64,000 nt of DNA from an uncultured virus (IMG/VR IMGVR_UViG_3300012933_000168) (Duplodnaviria > Heunggongvirae > Uroviricota > Caudoviricetes), in the IMG/VR virus record IMGVR_UViG_3300012933_000168; one strand, given 5' to 3'. The notes under the pieces were generated by a model. The model saw only the letters and a program-made list of their open reading frames with translations. It did not search any database and was not told the origin of the DNA. Positions 55,886 through 64,000 of this stretch are shown piece by piece (the stretch's first letter is position 1; the number at the start of each line of letters is the position of its first letter). Made by a program: the position numbers and the translations under genes.

Positions 55886-56346
55886 TTCATTTCTCCTTCA
55901 GGTTTCATATCTAACAACTTCAACTGTCGTGCAATGTCGCACACTTCCTCTTTCACCCACTCGAACGTGCGGTAGGTATCTCTCATGTGATGGCTAATGT
56001 CTGTCTCGGTGTACTCCATCAACGTAGCCACCAGCTTCGGGCTAAAGTCCCCTGCGTGTGAGCAGTCGAACCCAACCACCCACTCGTCTGTCTCCTTGTC
56101 TTTCTCCGAGTACGTCAGCCCACCATGCGCTTCAATACCCCTATCGTTGAGCCAGTCGTAGTTGAACCCGTACGCCTTGTGCCCCCTTGGTATAGCCACG
56201 TACCCGTTCAGGTGTCCGAGCGTTCCATGTCGCCACACTGTGCACTTGTACCCAGTCAGGTCATGTACCCACTCCTCGTTGTCAGGCTCGTGTTCCCACG
56301 GGCGGTCGCTTATCAGCAACTTCATCTTCTGTTCTGCATCTAACAT
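55882..56346 (-). CDS. Conserved phage protein (HGGLTY..GFDC.H)
   Basis: GHLNGYV, HGGLTY, GFDCSHAGD; ATG inside the palindrome. Confidence 0.8.
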   Translation of the reverse strand: MLDAEQKMKLLISDRPWEHEPDNEEWVHDLTGYKCTVWRHGTLGHLNGYVAIPRGHKAYGFNYDWLNDRGIEAHGGLTYSEKDKETDEWVVGFDCSHAGDFSPKLVATLMEYTETDISHHMRDTYRTFEWVKEEVCDIARQLKLLDMKPEGEMK

Positions 56347-56348
56347 TG

Positions 56349-57306
56349 TTAGCCTCCTTCATGTTTCGCGTTACTCAATAGCATCTTCACCATTCCGTGT
56401 GCTACTTCTTCACCTTCGTAGATACCCATAGGTTGCTTCTCTCCTCTCAATCCAATGGCGTACTTGTGCGAGTCGGTGATGAAGTCGCGTTGCCACTGCA
56501 CCCAAAAGCCAATCTGACCCAATGCCATGTTTGCGGATACCCACTTCATCTCGTGCTCATGCTCGTCTCTACTACTTATAGCCATCACTCCTCCTTCTTC
56601 AGTAGCTTCATGTAGTTCTTCATTTCTTTCTCGTTCAACCCCCACGCCACACGCATCCCATCCTTGCCGTAGATAGTCCACTTCCCATACTTGCGCTTGG
56701 AGTAGTAGTCGGGGTTGTACTTGTACCATTGCTCTTGGAACACGTTGGCCACCGTACCCCGCATACTCCGCGTCAATGCCTCGGCGTACTGCTTGCCAAT
56801 CCTCTCCAGCATTTCATCTTCTAGCGTACTCATATCAATCCTCGGGCTTTCCCGCCAGCTTGTACATGGCGTAGGTGTCTCTGCTAATCAGCTTCGCGTT
56901 CATTTGCTCCTCCAGCATAAAGATGTGGTGTGTCGCCCCTGTCGCTCCGTTGTACTTGCATCGGTACTTCTCCGCCTTCTCAAGTATCTTCATCAACGCC
57001 ATCGCATCCTCGACTGGCAACACCATGTCCCCGTAGGGCATCGTCACAATCATCGGCATATCAATCCTTCCATAATTCAAACAACTTCAACGTACCCTTC
57101 AGTCCATCGAACGTCAGGTTCCTGTGCACTTCATCCGTGCCGTCAAGCCTTACCCATCCACCCTTCGCGGGTTTCAATCGCCCTATGAAGTGAAAGCGCA
57201 GGTTGTAACGCCACGGCCTCCACCACACTCGGCTGACTGACCACGCATATAACTGAGATGGATGGTCGGGCGGCACCATGTACATATCCCCGCACTTAAT
57301 CTTCAT
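56349..57306 (-). CDS. Four small early genes (56349-56585, 56585-56833, 56835-57080, 57061-57306)
   Basis: Coupled ORFs with RBSs. Confidence 0.65.
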
Positions 57307-57308
57307 GT

Positions 57309-58523
57309 TTAGACTTCGAGGTAGATTGTTTTACCGTTGTCGGACACTGCGCTTGTGTTGCCACCACTGATGACCCACATAGTCGGCGCTGTCCACTCGC
57401 TACCCCAGTTCGGTACGTAGCCGTCAGTCAGCACAATCACACACTCGGGCACGATGTTCTCGTCTTTCAGGTACTGAGATACACAGCTTGGGTCTGTACC
57501 ACCACCGCCTCGTGGCTTGGTCGAGCTAACAATGTTAGATACATCACCACCCTCGTACTTCTCATGCCCTGCCACATGGCCGTCCCAGTAAATCAAGTCC
57601 ACCACCTCGGGGCTGACTTCCTCGGCGATACCCTGTACCTCGGATAAGAACTCGGCAAGCTCAGGCCCACCGATAGAACCCGATGTGTCGATAGCCACAA
57701 CCAAGTGACCAACCTTCTCGCCAATCATGCTGGGCATATACATACCTGTGCTGAGGAATCGGCGGTTCACACGACGCCATGAGCTTGTGTCTTTGTTAGA
57801 ACACGTAGCCTTAACGAAGTCGCGCAACACTTCACGCCAATCAATCTTGGGTGCAAGTAAGTCTTCCAGTTCACGGTCGAGCATCCCACCGCCTTTGCCA
57901 GCGTTCTTCTGATGTGCAATCAAGCCTTGACGAATCGCTTGGTCAATCTCACGCGCCAACTCTTTCTTCTCGTCCTCGGTCAGGTTCTCAGCGCCTTCCC
58001 AATCATGTTCATCGAAGCCGTCACCACCGCCACCGTTGGGGTCGTTCTTCTTCTCCTCTTTGAGAATGTCGTAGACCTGCTTGGTGTTCATGCCACGGAA
58101 TCGTTCGTCAACCAAGCCCATGAAGTCACCCTTCTTAGCCTTGGGGTGTCCTGTGTCCTCGGCGTAGCGTGGCATAGCGATGACTGACTCGTTCGGGTCT
58201 AAGTCCTTGAGCATCAAGTTAATCACGTAGTCCATAGCTTGATTAGCCAACTGCGCGTCCTCGGTGTGCAACTTAGTCCACGTTGTCAGGTGGCGGTACA
58301 TCTTGTGCCCAGCCTCATGCGCAATCACAAATGCCAGTTCCCTGTCGCTCATCTTCTTAACGAACGCACGGCCATACATCTCGTCGCGTCCGTTGGTACA
58401 CGCTGTCGGAATGTCATCGCGTACATGGGTCTTGCCCACCATCATCACGCCTTGTAGTAGTGCGAACTTGGGGTTGCGCATTACTGTGATTTTTGCTTTC
58501 TGCAATTTACGTTCTTCTAACAT
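57309..58523 (-). CDS. DUF2201-type metallopeptidase / vWA protein
   Basis: TACTNG, HEAGH (HExxH), DYVIN, MIDAS DTSGS, GGGGTD, LTDGY. Confidence 0.88.
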   Translation of the reverse strand: MLEERKLQKAKITVMRNPKFALLQGVMMVGKTHVRDDIPTACTNGRDEMYGRAFVKKMSDRELAFVIAHEAGHKMYRHLTTWTKLHTEDAQLANQAMDYVINLMLKDLDPNESVIAMPRYAEDTGHPKAKKGDFMGLVDERFRGMNTKQVYDILKEEKKNDPNGGGGDGFDEHDWEGAENLTEDEKKELAREIDQAIRQGLIAHQKNAGKGGGMLDRELEDLLAPKIDWREVLRDFVKATCSNKDTSSWRRVNRRFLSTGMYMPSMIGEKVGHLVVAIDTSGSIGGPELAEFLSEVQGIAEEVSPEVVDLIYWDGHVAGHEKYEGGDVSNIVSSTKPRGGGGTDPSCVSQYLKDENIVPECVIVLTDGYVPNWGSEWTAPTMWVISGGNTSAVSDNGKTIYLEV

Positions 58524-58537
58524 TGTTAGCTCCTTGT

Positions 58538-59685
58538 TTAAAAATCTGAATTGATACTTCTAGCCACACTCAACCGATAGTCGGAATAGTCCGAACGGTT
58601 CTGCTCAATGTCATCGGTGTCCTCACCGATACGCACGAACTCGTAAGCCCAGCGCCTCTCGCTAGCTTCCTCTCCATCGGCTAACTCCAAGAAGTTAGAT
58701 GCGAACCTGTTGAACGCTTGCACATCGGGGTAGCTGTCGTACCACTTCCATCCATCGCCTTCAAACATATACCCCGCATACCTACCGTTGTCTATTGGAT
58801 GTAGGTCGCCCTTCAACTCGTCGGGAAAGTTCTCGTCCACGTACAGTTTCAGTACTGGCGCGTGTTCCTTCGGCGCATAGAACGCCGCCTTTATGTCACT
58901 GCGATAGCCCATCGTTTTCCTCCTCAATACTGTTTAACAAAATACACATAGCATCGGCCTTGTCCTTCGTCTCATACTTACCCATGCCGATGTTGTCGAA
59001 CTTGCGTCTGTCGCATACCTCCCACCCCTTGAGTTGCAGGTATCCTGTTACTGAGTCAGGCTCAGTTACCCATCGTGTGAAGTACCTGTTCAAGTTCCCA
59101 TGTCCGTCTGTGTACTCGTCTCTCATGGAATCCAACTCGACTTCTGCTTGTATGCCCTTGCCAATACTTCAGCCTCGTTAATCAACATGAACAACGTAGC
59201 CTCCATCTGTGCAGGGTCGGATGTTTCCAGCAGTACCTCGCGCTTCTTTTTCGGTAGGTCGGTCTGCGTGTGTTGCGCTGTCGGTGTCTCTTGCTCCCAC
59301 TTGACCAACACGCATCGGTACTCGGGGTGCAATGCGCTGTACAACATACGGCGCTCAATGTTTAGTTGATAGCCCCACATCATGCGGTTCAAGTACTTGA
59401 ACATATCGTTGCACTTCTCCCATTCGAGCGGCCAGTCCATGTGCTTGTTCTTGTGGTTGTTCATCTGTGCATATAACATTGTTAGTCTCTCCACATCGTT
59501 AGCTTCTTGTACTCTTTCACCTGTCGGCGTACCTGTATGTGAATAGCCACAACCTCCGCCTCGTTGCCGAGTTGTTTTTGTAGGGCATCCACAACGTGTT
59601 TCCACTCCCCTGCTTGAGTGTGGCTATCCATAATCAACGTCGCCGCATCACGCACGAGTTGGTCGGTGTCAATCGTCACTAACAT
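58538..59685 (-). CDS. Four small early genes (58538-58912, 58896-59126, 59123-59479, 59482-59685)
   Basis: Coupled ORFs; starts 59479 and 59685 lie in palindromes; 58538-58912 has a KWY..Y..RIGE..DDIE motif. Confidence 0.7.
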
Positions 59686-59723
59686 TGTTAGTCTCCTAGG
59701 CGGGGTTTCCCCCGCCGTTCTCG

Positions 59724-60794
59724 TTACAGCAAGTCTTGGTTCTTAGCGACCCAGTCGGCGAACGCCTTAGCGCCGAACGCGATGGATTGTTTCGATGGTG
59801 TCTTAGCAATGTTGATTGCGAACACGGCTTGCCACTCTGCGTCGAAGCGTTCCAAGTACTCCATGAATGGGGCGATGTTGGTCTTGTCGATACGAGCGAT
59901 TGCACCGAAGATAACGATGGCACAAGCGCCAGGACTTGTCGGTACTTTCGTATGCTTAGGGTCTTTGATGGTGTCCTCCCATGATGGAAGTTGGTCAGAG
60001 AACTCGATGTACGCTTGCATATCACGAGCCGCCGCTTCACCAATCGCACCACTGAGCGCCGCGATAACAGAGTCAGAGTCATTCTGCTTACGGGTACTAA
60101 CAATGTTAGATGCCGTTGCCAGTGAACGAGGAGACACGAACGCAACCTGTGGCTTCTTGGGGTTGAAGATGTACGGGTTGTCGCCTTGTCCTGCGTCGGT
60201 ATAGCTAGCCATTGCGTGAGGGAATCGGTTAACCCACGCCAACACCTCAGCCGCGATGCCGTTGTTCATGCCCCACTCAATCCATTCCTCAGATGTTGGC
60301 TTGGCAATAGTCACGGGCACGATACGGTTCAAGCTGTGCGCCTTCATGTTGTCGCCCACACCATCGGTCGATAAGTTACCAGTCAGGAAACAGATTGTGT
60401 CCTTGGGCAATGGGATGTCACCGAGTCGTGGGTTTGCCTTCTCAAGCATGGGGTGCAACATATTCTTAACTGGGTCAGCGCCTTTGCTGAACTCGTCAAG
60501 CATGATGACCATTGGCTTGCCTGTATGAATACCGAAACGTGCGTTGGGGTAGTAGCGGGTCGTCTTAGTCTCGTGGTCAATCACGGGCATTGCAATGTCG
60601 CCCAAGTCCATGTTCGGTACGTCGATGTACGCATGGTCGTAGCCTAGTGGTGCGGCGATTGCTTCTAGCAGAGAAGACTTACCAATTCCGGGCTCACCTC
60701 GTAGCATGAAGCGGGTACTTGGGTTGGTGCGAATCAGGTTCGCGGCTTGCTTCAATGTGATGGTCTTACCAAATTTAACTTCTGACATTTTCAT
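59724..60794 (-). CDS. MoxR-like AAA+ ATPase
   Basis: GEPGIGKS, MLDEF, TGN, LNR, SPRS; vWA gene nearby. Confidence 0.88.
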   Translation of the reverse strand: MKMSEVKFGKTITLKQAANLIRTNPSTRFMLRGEPGIGKSSLLEAIAAPLGYDHAYIDVPNMDLGDIAMPVIDHETKTTRYYPNARFGIHTGKPMVIMLDEFSKGADPVKNMLHPMLEKANPRLGDIPLPKDTICFLTGNLSTDGVGDNMKAHSLNRIVPVTIAKPTSEEWIEWGMNNGIAAEVLAWVNRFPHAMASYTDAGQGDNPYIFNPKKPQVAFVSPRSLATASNIVSTRKQNDSDSVIAALSGAIGEAAARDMQAYIEFSDQLPSWEDTIKDPKHTKVPTSPGACAIVIFGAIARIDKTNIAPFMEYLERFDAEWQAVFAINIAKTPSKQSIAFGAKAFADWVAKNQDLL

Positions 60795-60902
60795 TTCCTT
60801 CGTTGATTACTGCTAACGCAGTTGTTATCTCTATGCCTAACATTGTTAGGCGACTCGTTTAAGTTCACTTGCTGGTGGGCGATAGTTATTCGCCAAGCCT
60901 TT

Positions 60903-60931
60903 ATTGTATCACAAATACTTGACAATGTCAA
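60903..60931 (-). promoter_or_regulatory. Near-consensus sigma70 promoter with palindromic -35
   Basis: TTGACA-17 nt-TACAAT; CTTGACAATGTCAAG at 60918-60932; flanked by 13-mers at 60837 and 60966. Confidence 0.85.
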
Positions 60932-60943
60932 GACCTTTGCTCC

Positions 60944-61482
60944 TCAATTCCTACCTTTGCTCTCGCTAACATTGTTAGGTTGTTCGTACCTGTTGAACTC
61001 CTCAGCCCACCATGCGTGTTCTAAGAAGAATTGGTTCTTGTGTTTCGGATATACCCTGCGTAGGCTAGTCACAGCACTCCGCATCAAGTCCTCTACATTC
61101 AGCATCACTCGGCGGCAGTCTTGCAACTGCTCGGGTGTCGTGTCGGGGTGACGCATCAACTTGAGCACACAGCTATCAGCCTTGGCCTTGTACTGCATAG
61201 TCTCTCGCCATATCTGCTTACACCTAACCAACTTCTCAGTCGGCGTAGTTGTATCTCGTGGCATCCCTGTTGGTGTGTTGGTATCTAACATTGTTAGAGC
61301 CCATGCTTCTTCTTGAACCTGTCGAACTGCCCAAAGATTCCCTCTCGCTCCTCGGGGTGCATGAACAGTATCTTGAGCATCACGCCTAAGCTATTCGCCT
61401 TCTCCCTCTCACGGAAGTAGAAGATAGTCGCGCCCACCGCCCAGCCCAGCAGGAAACATTCCGCATCACTCAGTCCAAACAT
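60944..61482 (-). CDS. Two hypothetical genes (60944-61291, 61294-61482) joined by a palindrome
   Basis: TAA 61294 and ATG 61291 both lie inside the 13-mer. Confidence 0.7.
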
Positions 61483-61483
61483 A

Positions 61484-62500
61484 TCAATCCTCCTCAGTCA
61501 TTACGTAGTCGGCATACTTGTGCGTAGGTACTTTGCCCTCGGGCAACGCCACCTTCTTGAACACCTTGTCGCTGAACATCTTGAACAGAATCCTGTCCAA
61601 CACCTTCTCGAATTGGTCAACACCCAACGTCACCTGTGACTCCATGCTGTCGCGCCAATACAAGCTCTGTTCCTGAACAAACAGAATGTTGAACGCAATC
61701 CAATAGTTTTGGTGGCGTGCGTTGTCATCTTGGTCATTCCGTACTAGGTCGAAGAACTCAGCGGTTGCCTGTCGGTAGTTACTCCACGCCTCATCCTTGT
61801 CCTCGGGTCGGTAGTACTTGGGCTTCTCGGTTATCTTCCACTTGTTGCCCACATCGGGTCGGCATCCGCCATTTACATCCTGAGACTTGCCAAACACCTC
61901 AATCAATTCCCCATACGTTGTTTTGACCACAGAGAAACCCTCACGCCCCCAAACGCCTTGAATCTCCTCACCCTTGAGCTTGATGACTCCAGCCAAGTAG
62001 TCACGGAATTGGCTCACGGACTTCCTAACATTGTTAGAGTCCTTGCGGCTCACTCGGTAGTCGTAAAGCGTCTGCGTTTCTTTTGGCAACCATCCGCCGT
62101 TTGCCGTGCGAACTAATGCCAGTTCCCCCTTGGCGGGTAGCATCGCCTTCGCGTTCGTACCTGAGAAGCCCAAGACCACCTGACCCTTGACTCGGTACGC
62201 ACCCACGCCACTCAGCACTCGGCTAATGAATTGGCACGTCGATGCACTTGGCCAGTTGTCTATGTTGATGATGACCTCATCCTCCACCGTGAACTTAATC
62301 ACGGGCGTTTGGTACAGCACACACTCGATTGCGTTTGTCCATACGTTCTTACGGATAGAGTAGGTGTCCACGTCACGACGCTCACCCAGTGGTCGCTTGT
62401 CCTCAGCCCTGCCCTTGATTGGCTTGCTGTTGTCGAACTTCTTTACTGCCTCGGCGTAGTCGCGTACCTTCGGCACTCTCATTACTGTTGCGTATCCCAT
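61484..62500 (-). CDS. Hypothetical protein, 338 aa
   Basis: AAGGAG RBS; long ORF in operon. Confidence 0.85.
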   Translation of the reverse strand: MGYATVMRVPKVRDYAEAVKKFDNSKPIKGRAEDKRPLGERRDVDTYSIRKNVWTNAIECVLYQTPVIKFTVEDEVIINIDNWPSASTCQFISRVLSGVGAYRVKGQVVLGFSGTNAKAMLPAKGELALVRTANGGWLPKETQTLYDYRVSRKDSNNVRKSVSQFRDYLAGVIKLKGEEIQGVWGREGFSVVKTTYGELIEVFGKSQDVNGGCRPDVGNKWKITEKPKYYRPEDKDEAWSNYRQATAEFFDLVRNDQDDNARHQNYWIAFNILFVQEQSLYWRDSMESQVTLGVDQFEKVLDRILFKMFSDKVFKKVALPEGKVPTHKYADYVMTEED

Positions 62501-62504
62501 TTCA

Positions 62505-63975
62505 TTACTCCTTTAAAAGTTTCTCGTATTTCTCTACCCACTCAATCGCTTGCTCGTTCGTTGGTATGCCCTCGGCGACGTACTCCCACTTGTGCCCGTT
62601 GGCAAACCTCCGAGCTTGTGGCTCCCATTGGTACCTGCGCTTGACCATCAACTCTCCGTCATGCCACCTCACGATGCACCAGTCAGGCTCCCTCTCTAAC
62701 ATTGTTAGCCCTCCTTCATGGGAACATATCCCAAGCAGATGTGCGGTCGACTAACGTGTGGTCTGCTACCGCGTCGTAATCCACCTCGAAGCGCATCATG
62801 TAGTCATGCCGCGCCAGCTTCGCCATTGCAATCAGCCTCTCCTTGTCTGTGCCCTCGGCTACTATCTCGGCGGTGTCCTCGGTCTCGCCTCTGTCTTTGA
62901 GTTGGTTCCAACACCGAACCGTTGTCTTGCTGGCTAGCCGTTTCAGGTACACCCTCGCATCTCCATCGGAGAAACTCACCAGCACATAATTCACCTTCTT
63001 CATACGCTAGCCAGTGCAACCGTTGCCCTGTCTCGTAGTTGCATCATCAGCCCTTGCGGGTTGCGCCCTAGCTTCGCGGCCAGTTGGTACATGGCGTTGC
63101 GCTTGGCATTGTTCGGGTTGGTTGCTGTCGTGTACATCGTCAGGATTTCCCCTGCGTTGTTGACTGTCACCTTGAACTTGTACTTCTCTAACATTGTTAG
63201 GTCTCCTCTGTTAATGCTTTGAATCTCATAATCTCCATCGTGTCGTCGCTCTCGGCGATAACCTCGGCTTCGTATGCCCCACGATAGAACGCTTTCTTTT
63301 GGAACTCATTCCATCTCTGCCTGTCCAGCATGAAACAATTCCCGTCCACCTTCATGCGTATCAGCACCCAAAACTTAGGCTTCTCGTGGTTGTCCATGAT
63401 TACTCTCCCTTCGCCAGTTGCACGGCTTTCTTCGCCAGCTCGTAGTCGTCGGTCTCCATCATCACTTCGCGCTTATACAAGTCCGAGTCCTTGTGTGCTT
63501 GGTTTAGCTCCCACTGCCCTCTCGTGCGTATGAAGAACTCCACGTCCCCCACCGCACTTGTGCGTCGGTACACCACCCAATCCTTCACACCCTTGGCCCT
63601 CGTACAAAGCTCCGCAACTTCACCATCTGTATAGTGGCGTAGGTGTATCTGCGGCATAAGTCGGCGTAGTCGGCTTCGCTTGTGTCCTCGTTCATGGCTA
63701 TCTCGGTGAACTGCCTCGTCATGTCTGCGTACGCCGCCTCCATGTTGAGGTACTCGGTAATCTGCTCTGCGTTAAATTTCATCTTCGTTCTCCTTCGGTT
63801 CGTTCGCTAACTCTGTTAGGTTGATTGCATCTACTAGCGTATGCCCTCGACTAACAAACTCGCATTTGGTGTTGGGTGTCTCTTGCACGTAGTTGTCCCA
63901 TGTAATGTCTCGGATGTACTCCAGCAGTCGTCTTGCATACCCTGTTCGGTAAATCACGTACTCGGCTTCATCCAT
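62505..63975 (-). CDS. Array of small early genes (62505-62702, 62716-63003, 63000-63194, 63197-63397, 63400-63657, 63772-63975)
   Basis: RBSs and overlaps; shared C-terminal strand-helix motif in most. Confidence 0.7.
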
Positions 63976-64000
63976 CCTCTTGCTCCTTCATTAGTTTGAG

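Larger units (their letters stand above)
37963..63200. repeat. Dispersed 13-bp palindrome CTAACAWTGTTAG, leftward-arm copies
   Basis: Exact copies start at 37963, 46152, 49359, 53666, 54093, 56340, 57526, 58517, 59679, 60097, 60837, 60966, 61285, 62025, 62696, 63188; near copies at 59473 and 63807. Confidence 0.95.

Noticed and set aside
56340..63200. CRISPR array made of the 13-bp repeats
   Set aside because: The repeat is too short, spacing is irregular (about 130 to over 1000 bp), the intervening DNA is coding, and no cas operon is present; the Cas4-like gene is an ordinary replication-module nuclease.
56340..63200. Canonical integron
   Set aside because: No IntI or other tyrosine recombinase, and the sites lack attC L boxes and the long central hairpin; only the core heptamers resemble attC.
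37963..63200. Identity of the 13-mer with matS or dif
   Set aside because: It differs from GTGACRNYGTCAC at four positions and lacks the 28-bp two-arm dif layout; the similarity is geometric only.
3127..63975. Stop-codon reassignment
   Set aside because: Core genes are intact and densely packed under the standard code.

Overview
The window is most or all of a tailed dsDNA phage genome with podovirus-like organisation and no host genes. A rightward arm (2.2-37.9 kb) carries tRNA-Asn, terminase, portal, a GroES-like protein, scaffold, capsid, tail/fibre, lysis and three large ejection-type genes. A leftward arm (38-64 kb, apparently continuing at 1-1.8 kb) carries primase-helicase, SSB, SNF2 helicase, PD-(D/E)XK nuclease, PolA, HNH, VRR-NUC, an AAA/vWA pair and about 40 small early genes. 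There is an assembly gap at 16030-16802, and no integrase or RNA polymerase is visible. The strongest unexplained signal is a 13-bp palindrome, CTAACA(A/T)TGTTAG. I counted 21 exact copies by eye plus near-copies, all in the leftward arm or the terminal control region. It supplies the ATG, and often the upstream TAA, of 8 early genes, is also embedded within coding sequences, and has a sister form overlapping the -35 boxes of early promoters. Many of the nearby small genes look like one divergent paralog family. Other candidates are an interlocked three-helix RNA ahead of the gene after the capsid, a recurring [FYML]-[AK]-x-G-G peptide motif in virion cargo proteins, and an overprinted ORF inside the 2034-aa ejection protein. 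All protein calls come from motif recognition and synteny, not from database searches.
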